A DNA stretch of 64,000 nucleotides from a virus. Under the pieces are notes generated by a model. It was not told the origin of the DNA. It ran no database searches and saw only the letters and a program-made list of their open reading frames with translations. Position numbers and translations under genes: made by a program. Numbering within the stretch: the first letter of the stretch is position 1; every line of letters begins with the position of its first letter. This document shows, piece after piece, positions 1 to 10,323 of the stretch. Location of the stretch: IMG/VR virus record IMGVR_UViG_3300044632_001319, one strand, 5' to 3'.

Positions 1-149
1 ATGCTCTTGGAGTGAATAAAATAGTGAAAAATAATACAACAAATAATTCAATATTTGTTGGATCAACTAGGGATTTGCAAAATATAATCAATCAATCTCG
101 TAGTCAATTGAAAGCGATCAATTCGGAAGAAATAGAAAATGACAGCTAA
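1..149 (+). CDS. gp16: terminase small subunit, 3' end (partial)
   Basis: Frame 3 reads ...NNTTNNSIFVGSTRDLQNII...EIENDS*. The NNxxFVGST motif is typical of the gp16 C-terminus, and the ORF overlaps the gp17 start. Not in the ORF track. Confidence 0.8.
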   Translation, partial: ALGVNKIVKNNTTNNSIFVGSTRDLQNIINQSRSQLKAINSEEIENDS

Positions 150-1884
150 AAAAGATGGATACCTGGGAAATCCCAACCTAAAACCAGTAGGCGTACAACA
201 GCAATTTACACCAGAACAAGTTCAAGAATATATTAAATGCGTTAACGATCCAGCATACTTTGTTGAAAAATATGTAAAAATTGTTGCAGTAGATAAAGGT
301 CTTGTTCCATTTGAAATGTATGATTTTCAAAAAGATCTGATCACTCAGTTGCATTCTAACAGATTCGTAATTGGTAAATTGCCCAGACAGGTAGGTAAAA
401 CCACAACAGTAGGTGCTTATCTGTTACATTATGTTTTATTCAATCAGAACATGAACGTGGCAATTCTTGCAAATAAACAATCAACTGCTATTGAAATTCT
501 AGGAAGAATTAAAATGGCATATGAGTATTTGCCAAAATGGTTACAGCAGGGTGTAATTGAATGGAATAAAGGTTCAATCGTATTAGAAAACGGATCTAGG
601 ATCCTCGCTGCGGCAACCTCTTCATCTGCTATCCGTGGTGGTTCTTTCAATTGCATATTGTTAGACGAGTTTGCTCACATCCCTACGCAAATTGCAGAAG
701 AGTTCTTCACTTCAGTATATCCAACCATTACCTCGGGTCAATCCACGAAGATGTTCATAATTTCGACACCCAACGGATTGAATATGTTTTATTACTATTG
801 GAAGGGTGCAATCAATAAACAAAACGGTTATGTTCCATTTGAGGTACACTGGAGTCAAGTTCCAAAATATCCAGGTGGTCCTTTAAGAGATGATAAGTGG
901 AAGCAAGAGATGATTAGCAAGACTTCTGAGAAGCAATTCGAACAGGAGTTCGAATGTGACTTTTTAGGAAGTTCAAATACTCTGATTGCTCCATCAAAAC
1001 TTCATACACTAGTTTATAGTAAACCATTGATGAGAACTAAGGATGGAATGAGCATATATGAAGAACCAAAAAGAAAAAATTCAGAAGTTCCAAAATCACA
1101 AGATCATTTGTATTTTATAACATCCGATGTCGCAGAGGGACAGGGTAAAGACTATACAACCCTTACGGTTATCGATGTCACCCAGTTTCCATACAGGGTG
1201 GTCGCGACCTATAAAAACAATACAGTATCTCCATTATTATTTGCTTCCGTAATTAAAACAGTCGCAAAGAAATATAACAATGCACATGTGCTTATAGAAG
1301 TCAATAGCATTGGAATGGAAGTTGCAAACATATTGCATACTGACTTGGAATACGAGAATATCGTTAAAACTGCCATGATGGGTAGAAAAGGACAAATAAT
1401 AACAGAGGGGTATGGTCCTAACAAAAAGGTACAAATGGGTGTCAAGACTTCGGTCATGACCAAAAAAATAGGTTGTCAAGTTCTCAAAAACATGATTGAA
1501 GAAGATAAACTTATTGTCGAAGATGCCGACATTATTTCAGAATTTACAACCTTTATCTCGAAAAAACAAAGTTTTGAAGCAGAAGATGGTCATAATGATG
1601 ACTTAGTTATGTGTCTTGTGTTGTTTGCTTGGGCAACAAGACAACAATATTTTAAAAATCTAACAGACATGGATGTGCGTCTTGCCATGTATCAGCAAGA
1701 AATTGAAAACATAGAAGACGATATGTTGCCCTTTGGATACTTTACTGATGGATCTGACGATATAGAAGACGCAGAGGAAGATAAATATTGGACATCAGGT
1801 AAAGACCATTGGTTGATATTTGATAAACAAAACGTGCCTACTCCTTGGGATGATTTGATACCAAAAAAGTTTAAGCGTAAATAA
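139..1884 (+). CDS. gp17: terminase large subunit
   Basis: YLGNPNLK N-terminus, PRQVGKTT Walker A, LLDEFAH Walker B, nuclease HNDDLVM. Confidence 0.97.
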   Translation: MTAKKDGYLGNPNLKPVGVQQQFTPEQVQEYIKCVNDPAYFVEKYVKIVAVDKGLVPFEMYDFQKDLITQLHSNRFVIGKLPRQVGKTTTVGAYLLHYVLFNQNMNVAILANKQSTAIEILGRIKMAYEYLPKWLQQGVIEWNKGSIVLENGSRILAAATSSSAIRGGSFNCILLDEFAHIPTQIAEEFFTSVYPTITSGQSTKMFIISTPNGLNMFYYYWKGAINKQNGYVPFEVHWSQVPKYPGGPLRDDKWKQEMISKTSEKQFEQEFECDFLGSSNTLIAPSKLHTLVYSKPLMRTKDGMSIYEEPKRKNSEVPKSQDHLYFITSDVAEGQGKDYTTLTVIDVTQFPYRVVATYKNNTVSPLLFASVIKTVAKKYNNAHVLIEVNSIGMEVANILHTDLEYENIVKTAMMGRKGQIITEGYGPNKKVQMGVKTSVMTKKIGCQVLKNMIEEDKLIVEDADIISEFTTFISKKQSFEAEDGHNDDLVMCLVLFAWATRQQYFKNLTDMDVRLAMYQQEIENIEDDMLPFGYFTDGSDDIEDAEEDKYWTSGKDHWLIFDKQNVPTPWDDLIPKKFKRK

Positions 1885-1911
1885 AAATATACAGTTCACG
1901 AAAAAACTACA

Positions 1912-1919
1912 TATAAATA
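1912..1919 (+). promoter_or_regulatory. T4-type late promoter TATAAATA
   Basis: Exact T4 late consensus in the intergenic gap, upstream of an AGGAG RBS and gp18. Confidence 0.75.
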
Positions 1920-1944
1920 GCAATTTATTCCAAGGAGAGAAAAA

Positions 1945-3177
1945 ATGTCAAGACCTAATGTAATTTTTAGAATTAACGATGAATCTTTAGTTGTACCCAT
2001 AACTGAAGATTTCTCATCAGCAATAGGTGCAGTATACAACACAACAAACTTTTTAAAAGTATTAGCAGGAACCACCGCTGAACGGGACGCAGGGTATTTT
2101 TTCGTACCAAACGCATCTGATTGGTACTCTAGACTTACAGATTACATAACAGGTCTTGCTGGTGGGGTAACTGCTGTACAGGGAATCACAGAATATTCAG
2201 TAGGTTCGTGTGCAGCATCATATCTTAATGGAAACTATTCTGGTGGTGGAATCTCAGCAGGGTTTAGTGGTGAATGGTGGCCTGTAAATAACTTCCTGCA
2301 ATATGGTGCTGGTTGCTATGTAGGATTCGGCAGTGCAACTCCAGGCAATGAATTTGCACAATTAGGATTTGATGTGATATTCCAAGGTGGAACAACTCTT
2401 GGAAATTCAAACTACGGTACTGCTGTAACAACCATAGTCGATGAAAGATCAAGCGGAGATCAACCAGTAATTGGAATAGTTTATGCTCGTTCTACCACCT
2501 CAGCAATTGATACTAATGTTACAGGTGTAACATTTACCTCTGGTGCTAACAACTACAACTATGTCAAAGTTTATGGTGAAAAGATTCATCTTGACACAAC
2601 TGGGGCATATTCAATCGAAACCCCACTTGCAGCAGATGTTGCTGGATGCATTGCTCGTACCGACAGAGATTTCTATCCATGGTTCTCACCAGCAGGATCT
2701 CGTAGAGGTAGAATTTTAAATGTTCTTCGTCTTAAGAGATCACTAACAACTGCCGAACAAGACAATCTTTATGCAAACAGAATAAACCCAGTGGTAACAT
2801 TCCCTGGTGACGGAACTCTTCTTTACGGTGACAAGACGGCAGAATCTACTACAACTACTCTGTCCAGAATCAATGTTTCTAGACTATTCATGTACATTAA
2901 GAAATCACTAGCACCAGTTGCTCGTTCTATTCTTTTCGAGCAAAACGATGCAATCACTCGTTCAAGATTCAAGATTGCTGCTGAAGGATTCCTTGATCGT
3001 ATAGTGGGTCAAAGAGGAATAACCGAATACCGTGTCATTTGCGATAGCACAAATAACACACCAGAAGTGGTTGAGGCAAATTACTTTGTTGCTGATATTT
3101 TAATTAAACCAATTCCTTCAATCAATTATGTCAAGATAACACTAACTAATAAAGATCTTTCAGAACCAATTGGATAA
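1945..3177 (+). CDS. gp18: tail sheath protein (short form)
   Basis: PWFSPAG.RRG, LYANRINPV, GDKT, RINVSRLF, FEQND, DSTNNTP motifs; lies between gp17 and gp19. Confidence 0.93.
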   Translation: MSRPNVIFRINDESLVVPITEDFSSAIGAVYNTTNFLKVLAGTTAERDAGYFFVPNASDWYSRLTDYITGLAGGVTAVQGITEYSVGSCAASYLNGNYSGGGISAGFSGEWWPVNNFLQYGAGCYVGFGSATPGNEFAQLGFDVIFQGGTTLGNSNYGTAVTTIVDERSSGDQPVIGIVYARSTTSAIDTNVTGVTFTSGANNYNYVKVYGEKIHLDTTGAYSIETPLAADVAGCIARTDRDFYPWFSPAGSRRGRILNVLRLKRSLTTAEQDNLYANRINPVVTFPGDGTLLYGDKTAESTTTTLSRINVSRLFMYIKKSLAPVARSILFEQNDAITRSRFKIAAEGFLDRIVGQRGITEYRVICDSTNNTPEVVEANYFVADILIKPIPSINYVKITLTNKDLSEPIG

Positions 3178-3198
3178 ATAAAGGAGAAGAGGTTATAA

Positions 3199-3747
3199 AT
3201 GGCAACATTAAACGAGTTTAGATCTAATTTTTTTGGCGTTAGACCAAATAGATTTTTAATTGAAGCAACTTGGCCAAGTGGAGTCGCTTCACCAGATTTA
3301 AGTGACCTCAACATTTATGTAAAGGCAACAGATCTCCCAGGATCAACTATTGGTTCGATTCCAATCGCATGGCAAGGAAGAATAGTAAAGTTTTCTGGCG
3401 AAAGAGTTTATGCTGACTGGGCAATATCAGTATATGACTCAAGCATTCCTGCAAAGGATCTTCGTCTTGGATTTGAGAGATGGGTAGAGGCAATGGATGG
3501 TAGAAATACTCACCAAATCAATTATAACCTAACTTCAGATTGGGTTGTAAGATATAGTGATATTATACCAGGAACAAGCGTAAGCGCACTTCCAACTCAA
3601 CAACCAGATAACTTTAATAAGTCAATTAAGTTGAGAAATTGTTTCCCAACTGACATTGGACCAATCAGTCTAAATTATGATGCAGTCGATTCGTTCTCTG
3701 AATTTACAGTGCAACTAGCATACGATTTCTGGGAACCATATAACTAA
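3199..3747 (+). CDS. gp19: tail tube protein
   Basis: RPNRF, LPGSTIG, GRIVKFSGERVYADW, FPTDIGPISL, EFTVQLAYDFW. Confidence 0.92.
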   Translation: MATLNEFRSNFFGVRPNRFLIEATWPSGVASPDLSDLNIYVKATDLPGSTIGSIPIAWQGRIVKFSGERVYADWAISVYDSSIPAKDLRLGFERWVEAMDGRNTHQINYNLTSDWVVRYSDIIPGTSVSALPTQQPDNFNKSIKLRNCFPTDIGPISLNYDAVDSFSEFTVQLAYDFWEPYN

Positions 3748-3764
3748 GAAGGATTTAATACTCT

Positions 3765-5333
3765 ATGGCATGGGAACTTTTTGGATTTTCTATTGGTAAA
3801 AAGGCTGAGTTAAGTGATGCGGTTGGTCTTACTGGCGATAATCAACAAAATTTATCGTTCGTAGCACCAGAAAATTTTGATGGAACTCAGGTCATTGAAA
3901 CGGGAGGCTTTATGTCTTCCGTTTATGACTTTGGTGGTTCATTCATGGATGAGAATTCTCTCATCAAGCAATATCGAAGCATGTCGCTTTATCCAGAGGT
4001 TGACATGGCAATTGAGGATATTGTCACACAAGCAATTGTATTTGATACAGATGATCATTCCTTAAAAATAAAACTAGATAATGTAGATTTATCAGACAAT
4101 ATTAAATCTAAAATAAATTATGAATTTGATAAAATATTAAAACTTTTAGACTTCAAGAACAAAGGTTATGATATTTTTAGAAGATGGTATGTCGATGGTC
4201 GTCTTTATTTTCAAAATATTATCGATGTCGAACATCCAGAAAATGGTATAGTTGAACTACGAGCAATTGACCCCGTTCGTATTCGTAAAATTCGTAAAGT
4301 TCAAAAAGAAGTAAAAAGAGTTCAAAACACAACAATACCAGTAATCAAAAAGGTAGAAGAACACTACGTTTATACAGATTATGAAATTAATAACGTATCT
4401 TCTACAACCAGTGCTATGGGTGTTAAAATATCTCCAGATGCAGTCACTTATTGTCACTCTGGTTATATTGACCAAACATCAAAAAGAGTAGTTGGTCATT
4501 TACACAAGGCAATACGACCATTGAACATGCTTCGTCAGACAGAAGATGCAATGGTTGTCTATAGAATTGCGCGAGCACCAGAACGAAGAGTCTTTTATAT
4601 TGATGTTGGCAATCTTCCAAAGCAAAAAGCAGAAGAATACATCAAGAACTTAATGACTCGTTATCGTAATAAATTGACATATGATTCGTCTACTGGTGAG
4701 ATTAAAGACCAAAGAAACCATATGTCGATGCTTGAAGATTATTGGTTACCAAGAAGAGAGGGTGGTAAAGGTACAGAAATTAGCACCCTTCCTGGTGGTC
4801 AAAGTCTTGGAGAGATGGAAGACGTTGAATATTTGCTTCGAAAACTTTATAGAGCACTCAACGTTCCACTCACAAGAATGGAAGTTCAGACTGGGTTTAA
4901 CTTAGGAAGAACTGCTGAGATCACTAGAGATGAAGTCAAGTTCTACAAGTTCATCGAAAGACTACAAAATAGATTCTCGTACTTATTCTTGGATATTTTA
5001 AAGAAGCAATGCATTCTTCGGGGAATTCTCACACTTGATGACTGGAACAAGATTTATCAAGATATACAGATAGTCTATAGCAAAGATTCATATTTCAACG
5101 AACTTAAAGAAAATGAAATTATGCGTGAACGCATTGAAATGTTAAATACTGTTGGTGTTTATAACGGTGTATTCTTCTCTACAGACTATGTAAGAAGGAA
5201 AATACTGAAGCAAACCGATACAGAAATTGCTGAAATGGATATTGAGATAGAGAAAGATCGTCAGAAACAAATACAACAACAGTTGCAAATGCAAGCACTA
5301 GGACTTGGCGATGAGCAACAAGAACAAAAATAA
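3765..5333 (+). CDS. gp20: portal protein
   Basis: RRWYVDGR, YRIARAPERRVFYIDVGNLPK, EDYWLPRREGGKGTEISTLPGGQ. Confidence 0.97.
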   Translation: MAWELFGFSIGKKAELSDAVGLTGDNQQNLSFVAPENFDGTQVIETGGFMSSVYDFGGSFMDENSLIKQYRSMSLYPEVDMAIEDIVTQAIVFDTDDHSLKIKLDNVDLSDNIKSKINYEFDKILKLLDFKNKGYDIFRRWYVDGRLYFQNIIDVEHPENGIVELRAIDPVRIRKIRKVQKEVKRVQNTTIPVIKKVEEHYVYTDYEINNVSSTTSAMGVKISPDAVTYCHSGYIDQTSKRVVGHLHKAIRPLNMLRQTEDAMVVYRIARAPERRVFYIDVGNLPKQKAEEYIKNLMTRYRNKLTYDSSTGEIKDQRNHMSMLEDYWLPRREGGKGTEISTLPGGQSLGEMEDVEYLLRKLYRALNVPLTRMEVQTGFNLGRTAEITRDEVKFYKFIERLQNRFSYLFLDILKKQCILRGILTLDDWNKIYQDIQIVYSKDSYFNELKENEIMRERIEMLNTVGVYNGVFFSTDYVRRKILKQTDTEIAEMDIEIEKDRQKQIQQQLQMQALGLGDEQQEQK

Positions 5334-5356
5334 TACATATAAAATAGGAGATATAC

Positions 5357-5863
5357 ATGTCTAAGTCAAAGGAAATTTTAACAGCACTTCTTAAAGAAGA
5401 TTTACTAGAAGCAAAAAAATTAATTAATGATTCTTTACTAGAAAAACTAGGAAATGCTCTAGAGCAAAAGTTAGTTGATTTTGCTCCAACTGTTTTTGAG
5501 TCAGAAGCAGCAAGCGAAGGTTTAAAAGGCAAACAACATAAATTAGATGCCAATAAGAATGGCAAAATTGATGGTGAAGACTTTAAACTCCTAAAGAAGA
5601 AAAAGGCAAACGAAGATGTTGAAGAGTCAGATGAAGATATGAATTCTTTAGTAGAGGAATTCCAATCAGAACTCGCATCTTTAGTCCAAGAAATCCAAGA
5701 GGAAACTGGACAAGAACTTACAGAGGAAGAAATTGAAGAACTTGCAAACGAATACCTTGATGCCTTGTCTGAAGCAAAAGACGAAGACGAGGACGAGGAA
5801 GATGAAGACGAAGAGGATGATTGCGAGGATTGCAAGAAATCAAAGAAACATAAGAAGGACTAA
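5357..5863 (+). CDS. acidic prohead core protein (gp67/gp68-like) with EF-hand-like loop
   Basis: Sits between portal and protease; very acidic; contains DANKNGKIDGEDF. Confidence 0.6.
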   Translation: MSKSKEILTALLKEDLLEAKKLINDSLLEKLGNALEQKLVDFAPTVFESEAASEGLKGKQHKLDANKNGKIDGEDFKLLKKKKANEDVEESDEDMNSLVEEFQSELASLVQEIQEETGQELTEEEIEELANEYLDALSEAKDEDEDEEDEDEEDDCEDCKKSKKHKKD

Positions 5864-5866
5864 TAC

Positions 5867-6511
5867 ATGAAACTTATTACTGAAACCACTGAAAATGTAA
5901 AACCATTAATTGAGACTGCTAAGGGTGGTGCTAAAACTTATTACCTCACTGGGGTAATGATGGAAGCAAACGTGGTTAATCGTAATAAAAGAATGTACAA
6001 AGAAGGTGTTCTCAAGAAAGAAACTGGAAGATACATCAAGGAATATGTCAATAAAAATAGAGCTCTTGGAGAACTCAACCATCCAGATGGTCCCACTGTC
6101 AATTTAGACAGAGTGTCCCACATGGTAAGCAATCTTACCGAATCTGGAAATCAAATCATTGGTAAAATGAAAATTCTTGATACTCCAATGGGTAAAATCG
6201 TAAAGGCACTTATCGATGAAGGTGCTCAATTGGGTGTATCTTCCAGAGGCATGGGTTCGCTAAAGCAAGTGAATGGAATCAATGAAGTTCAAGAAGATTT
6301 CACACTTGCAGCAATTGATATTGTTGCTGATCCATCTGCTCCAAATGCATTCGTTAATGGTATTCTAGAAGGCAAGGAATGGATTTGGGATAACGGAATT
6401 TTAGTTGAAAAAGAAATATCTGATTATGAGAGAAAATTAAAATCAACTTCAAAGCGTAAGTTAGAAGAAAATGCAATTAATCTATTCTCTGATTTCCTAA
6501 GGCGTCTATGA
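5867..6511 (+). CDS. gp21: prohead protease
   Basis: MKLITE, ALGELNHP, GVSSRGMGSL, DIVADPSAPNAFV. Confidence 0.96.
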   Translation: MKLITETTENVKPLIETAKGGAKTYYLTGVMMEANVVNRNKRMYKEGVLKKETGRYIKEYVNKNRALGELNHPDGPTVNLDRVSHMVSNLTESGNQIIGKMKILDTPMGKIVKALIDEGAQLGVSSRGMGSLKQVNGINEVQEDFTLAAIDIVADPSAPNAFVNGILEGKEWIWDNGILVEKEISDYERKLKSTSKRKLEENAINLFSDFLRRL

Positions 6512-7026
6512 AAAATAAATCAGACAAGGAATTATACGAAGAAGTAGAATCCAAATTAAGGGATTCTATTCCTTCTATTGCACAAAATGTTCACTCATCT
6601 CTCAATGAAAGTTCAAATTTCATGAGAAAGATGGGTCTTTTTGCAGCAGAATATGCGCATAGAATAGTCGATGCGGCACACAAATTAAACCTGTCTGCTA
6701 ATATGGCATCAAAAAAGAATGCCTCTAGAATCAGAGATGAATTATTAACTTCTCATTATTCTGCTGAATTGGGAATGAAAAAGAATCACATTAACACCAT
6801 CTTAAATTTTTATCCACAAAACCATCCAGATAGAATATCACTTGAGGCAAAAATTAGAACAGTTGGTAGGGTAAATCCAATTATTGGATCCCTACAGAAA
6901 ACTTCTACAGCAACAATTGGAAATTATAAAGATAAGATCAATAAATCGTATAGTGTGCTGACTACCCCAATAACTCCAGCACAAATGGCAAATATATATC
7001 GTAATGCTCGTTCCAGAATACCTTAA
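6508..7026 (+). CDS. hypothetical protein
   Basis: 172 aa ORF with ATGA overlap on the gp21 stop; no recognisable motif. Confidence 0.6.
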   Translation: MKNKSDKELYEEVESKLRDSIPSIAQNVHSSLNESSNFMRKMGLFAAEYAHRIVDAAHKLNLSANMASKKNASRIRDELLTSHYSAELGMKKNHINTILNFYPQNHPDRISLEAKIRTVGRVNPIIGSLQKTSTATIGNYKDKINKSYSVLTTPITPAQMANIYRNARSRIP

Positions 7027-7087
7027 TTTTTTAAACGTCTAAATATTAAATATTCTAAATAGTTTTTAGAAAAAAGTGGAGAATCCA

Positions 7088-8119
7088 ATGGCAGAATCAA
7101 ACCCCTATGCAGACTACTCGTCAACCGATCTTTATAATGATGGAACAGGTAAAGGTGCAGTAATTGCTCCTCCTATATCAGATCCAAATGTTGCTGCAAC
7201 CAACCAATCAACCATTTCTGGTGCAGCAGCTGGTGGAAAGAAAAAGAAAAAAGAAGAAGCAAAAGAAAGCATTGACTACTTAGCAAGTCTATTTGACGGT
7301 GAAGAACTGTCAGAAGACTTTAAGTTCAAGGCAAAGACTATCTTTGAAGCAGCAATTGCAGAAAAGGTAGCAATAATTGAATCACACATCCTAGAAGCAG
7401 CAAAAGAAATTATCGAAGAGCAAGTAATCAACAATGGCAATAATCTTGTTGAGCAAGTTGATAGTTATCTTGATTACGTCATCTCAGAGTGGATGACTGA
7501 AAATAAAGTTGCTGTAGAGAGAGGTCTTCGCACAGAGATCGCAGAGAATTTCATCATGGGTCTAAAGAACCTGTTTGAGAATTCTTTCATCGATGTACCA
7601 CAAGAAAAATATAATGTTCTTGACGATCTCTTTGATGCAAACGAAGAACTTCAAGAGAACGTAAACAATCTAATCAAGCAAAATATGAACCTCAAGAATG
7701 AAATTAAAGCACATCTTTGTGCCGAAGCATTCATGGAGGAAACCGCTGGATTAGCAGCAACTCAAGTTGAAAAACTTGCTAAACTCTCAGAAGGACTCGA
7801 ATTTGAGACTGTAGATCAATACAAGCAAAAAGTTTCACTTCTTCGTGAGTCATACTTCTCAAGAAGACCACAACAAAGCGTAAGTGCTGCACCACAAGCA
7901 AATTATAATCCAACCCAAGTACCTCTAACCGAGGATACCCAAAGTGGTTCATTTGTTGGTGATTCAACCAGCAATGATCCACTCATGGAAAGCGTAATCA
8001 ATACAATTAGCATGTTACAAAGAAACAATCCAAAGGTTGAAAAAGTTCATCCAACTGAAAGAGCACAAAAACTTGCTAGTTTAATTAATCCCAATATCGT
8101 CAAGGACAATTACATTTGA
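7088..8119 (+). CDS. gp22: prohead scaffolding protein
   Basis: LSEDFKFKAKTIFEAA, VDSYLDYVISEWM.EN.VAVE.GLRTEIAE; ATG 7088 follows a GGAG RBS. Confidence 0.93.
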   Translation: MAESNPYADYSSTDLYNDGTGKGAVIAPPISDPNVAATNQSTISGAAAGGKKKKKEEAKESIDYLASLFDGEELSEDFKFKAKTIFEAAIAEKVAIIESHILEAAKEIIEEQVINNGNNLVEQVDSYLDYVISEWMTENKVAVERGLRTEIAENFIMGLKNLFENSFIDVPQEKYNVLDDLFDANEELQENVNNLIKQNMNLKNEIKAHLCAEAFMEETAGLAATQVEKLAKLSEGLEFETVDQYKQKVSLLRESYFSRRPQQSVSAAPQANYNPTQVPLTEDTQSGSFVGDSTSNDPLMESVINTISMLQRNNPKVEKVHPTERAQKLASLINPNIVKDNYI

Positions 8120-8166
8120 AAATGTAAATTTAATAAATAAATAAAGACTTAAGGAGAGAAAAATAA

Positions 8167-9660
8167 ATGTCACTCGATTTTAACAATAGTACACCATATG
8201 ACACACTCGTAGAGAAGTGGTCACCCGTTCTAGAACACGGAGATCTTCCATCAATTACTGACCTTCACAAGAAGCGCGTAACCGCAGTCCTTCTTGAGAA
8301 CCAAGTCAAGGCAATGAGAGAAGAAAGAGCATCACAAAACCTTTTCGAAAATACCATGGGACCAATCGGAATCGGTGGCAACTTTGCTGCTGGTCAAGTT
8401 GGTGCAGCAGGAAATTTCGCAGGTTATGATCCTGTTCTGATTTCACTCGTTCGCCGCGCAATGCCCAATGTCGTTGCATACGACATCGCAGGCGTTCAAC
8501 CCATGAGTGCTCCAACTGGACTCATCTTCGCAATGCGCGCACGTTATGGAAACGACAACAACGGATACACCCAAGGCGAAGAAGCACTCTTCGATGAACC
8601 ATGGTCCAAGTTCTCAGGTGTTTGCGGTGCATCTGGACCTGGTGCAGCAAATTACGCAGCAATTCTTTCTGGTTCAACACTCGGTATCTTCGGAAACAAT
8701 GCACTCGGTAATTTTGATGCAGCAACCAATGGTGCAACCTTTATTACTCGTCCTGATGTCTTCAGTCAGTTCCGTGGTATGCTTACCTCAACTGCTGAAA
8801 CTCTCGGTAAGAATACTGAAACAGCAGACTTCCGTGAAATGGCATTCAGCATTGAACGCGTTGCTGTACAAGCAAGATCACGCGCACTCAAAGCAGAATA
8901 CACCACAGAACTCGCACAAGATCTTCGTGCAGTACACGGACTTGATGCAGAGGCAGAACTTGCTAACATCCTCTCGGTTGAAATCATGAACGAAATCAAC
9001 CGCGAAATTCTTCGCGCAATGTACTATGTTGCTAAGACTGGTTGCCAAAACACCGATCTAGCTTCTAGAGTTGGTGGTGGATCAGGTGGTGTTTATGACC
9101 TTATTCTCGACTCAGACGGTCGTTGGTCAGCAGAACGCTTCCGTGGACTTATGTTCCAAATTGAACGCGAAGCAAACGCAATTGCTAAGGATACTCGTAG
9201 AGGCAAGGGTAACTTCATCGTATGCAGTGCAGACGTTGCTTCAGCACTCGCAATGGGTGGATTCCTCAACCTCTCACCAGCACTCAATGTAGACCTTCAA
9301 GTAGATGATACTGGTAACGTCTTCGCTGGTGTACTCAACAACAAGTTCAAAGTTTACATCGATCCCTTCATTGCAAACAATGTTAACTTCATCACTGTTG
9401 GATACAAGGGAACCTCACCATATGACGCAGGATTCTTCTACTGCCCATACGTTCCCCTCCAAATGGTACGCGCAGTCGGTCAAGACACCTTCCAACCAAA
9501 GATCGGATTTAAGACTCGTTACGGTCTAGTTGCAAATCCCTTCGCTGGTGGTCGTAGCAGCACCTTCGGTTCAGGCAAACCAGAAGACGGTCTAGAGGCA
9601 AGCACCAATGCTTACTACCGCCTCTTCGCAGTCAAGAATCTCCACGGAAACACCGTCTGA
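8167..9660 (+). CDS. gp23: major capsid protein
   Basis: DPVLISLVRR, GVQPMSAPTGLIFAMR, SRALKAEYT.ELAQDL, YCPYVPLQM, FQPKIGFKTRYG. Confidence 0.98.
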   Translation: MSLDFNNSTPYDTLVEKWSPVLEHGDLPSITDLHKKRVTAVLLENQVKAMREERASQNLFENTMGPIGIGGNFAAGQVGAAGNFAGYDPVLISLVRRAMPNVVAYDIAGVQPMSAPTGLIFAMRARYGNDNNGYTQGEEALFDEPWSKFSGVCGASGPGAANYAAILSGSTLGIFGNNALGNFDAATNGATFITRPDVFSQFRGMLTSTAETLGKNTETADFREMAFSIERVAVQARSRALKAEYTTELAQDLRAVHGLDAEAELANILSVEIMNEINREILRAMYYVAKTGCQNTDLASRVGGGSGGVYDLILDSDGRWSAERFRGLMFQIEREANAIAKDTRRGKGNFIVCSADVASALAMGGFLNLSPALNVDLQVDDTGNVFAGVLNNKFKVYIDPFIANNVNFITVGYKGTSPYDAGFFYCPYVPLQMVRAVGQDTFQPKIGFKTRYGLVANPFAGGRSSTFGSGKPEDGLEASTNAYYRLFAVKNLHGNTV

Positions 9661-9681
9661 TAGATTCGGATAAACCACACG

Positions 9682-9715
9682 AAACCCAGGGTTGAAAGAC
9701 CCTGGGTTTTCTTTT
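9682..9715 (+). terminator. rho-independent terminator after gp23
   Basis: AAACCCAGGGTT-GAAA-GACCCTGGGTTT hairpin followed by a T-rich tail. Confidence 0.9.
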
Positions 9716-9727
9716 ATACATATTGAT

Positions 9728-10318
9728 ATGCCAAACAACAACAAACAAATCATAAAGGATGAAGTTACTGAAAATGTTCTTCGTGATTTGCCTGGTGATT
9801 TTTTGTTTGATAATTTATTACAACCAGATACACACAATGTATTAACAAATAATAAATTTAGATTTGTCTTGACTCGTTGTCCAACGATGACATATTTCTG
9901 TCAAAGAGCAAACATTCCATCTTTAAGTTTTGGTACTTCGATACAATCAAATCCAACTGGTATTTCTATTCGTAGACCAGGAACCTCTTATGTTTACGAA
10001 GACTTACAAATTGGATTTTCTGTAGACGAAAATATGAAAAATTGGTTAGAAATACACAACTGGATAAAGGATCTTGGTATTTCATACGATTCTGCTACTG
10101 AAGTTCTTCGAGAATCGCAAAAGATTTCATCTGCATATGTTTTAGTCTTGAACAGTCAATATAGACCAATCTTGGCAGTAAAATATAGAAATGTTTATCC
10201 TACCTTTTTAAGTGCTATTGATTTTGATTCTTCAACCACCGATTCAGATACCGTGATTGCAACAGCAACATTTGCATATACCCATTACGAAATTGAAGTA
10301 TACACAAATAACCCTTAA
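9728..10318 (+). CDS. gp3: tail completion / tube terminator protein
   Basis: YFCQRANIP, YEDLQIGFSVDENMKNWLEIHNWI, YPTFLS; occupies the conserved gp23-gp3-uvsY-uvsW position. Confidence 0.85.
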   Translation: MPNNNKQIIKDEVTENVLRDLPGDFLFDNLLQPDTHNVLTNNKFRFVLTRCPTMTYFCQRANIPSLSFGTSIQSNPTGISIRRPGTSYVYEDLQIGFSVDENMKNWLEIHNWIKDLGISYDSATEVLRESQKISSAYVLVLNSQYRPILAVKYRNVYPTFLSAIDFDSSTTDSDTVIATATFAYTHYEIEVYTNNP

Positions 10319-10323
10319 TTATT

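Noticed and set aside
5179-5835. 218 aa Ser-rich minus-strand ORF
   Set aside because: Antisense of the GAA/GAT-rich acidic core gene.
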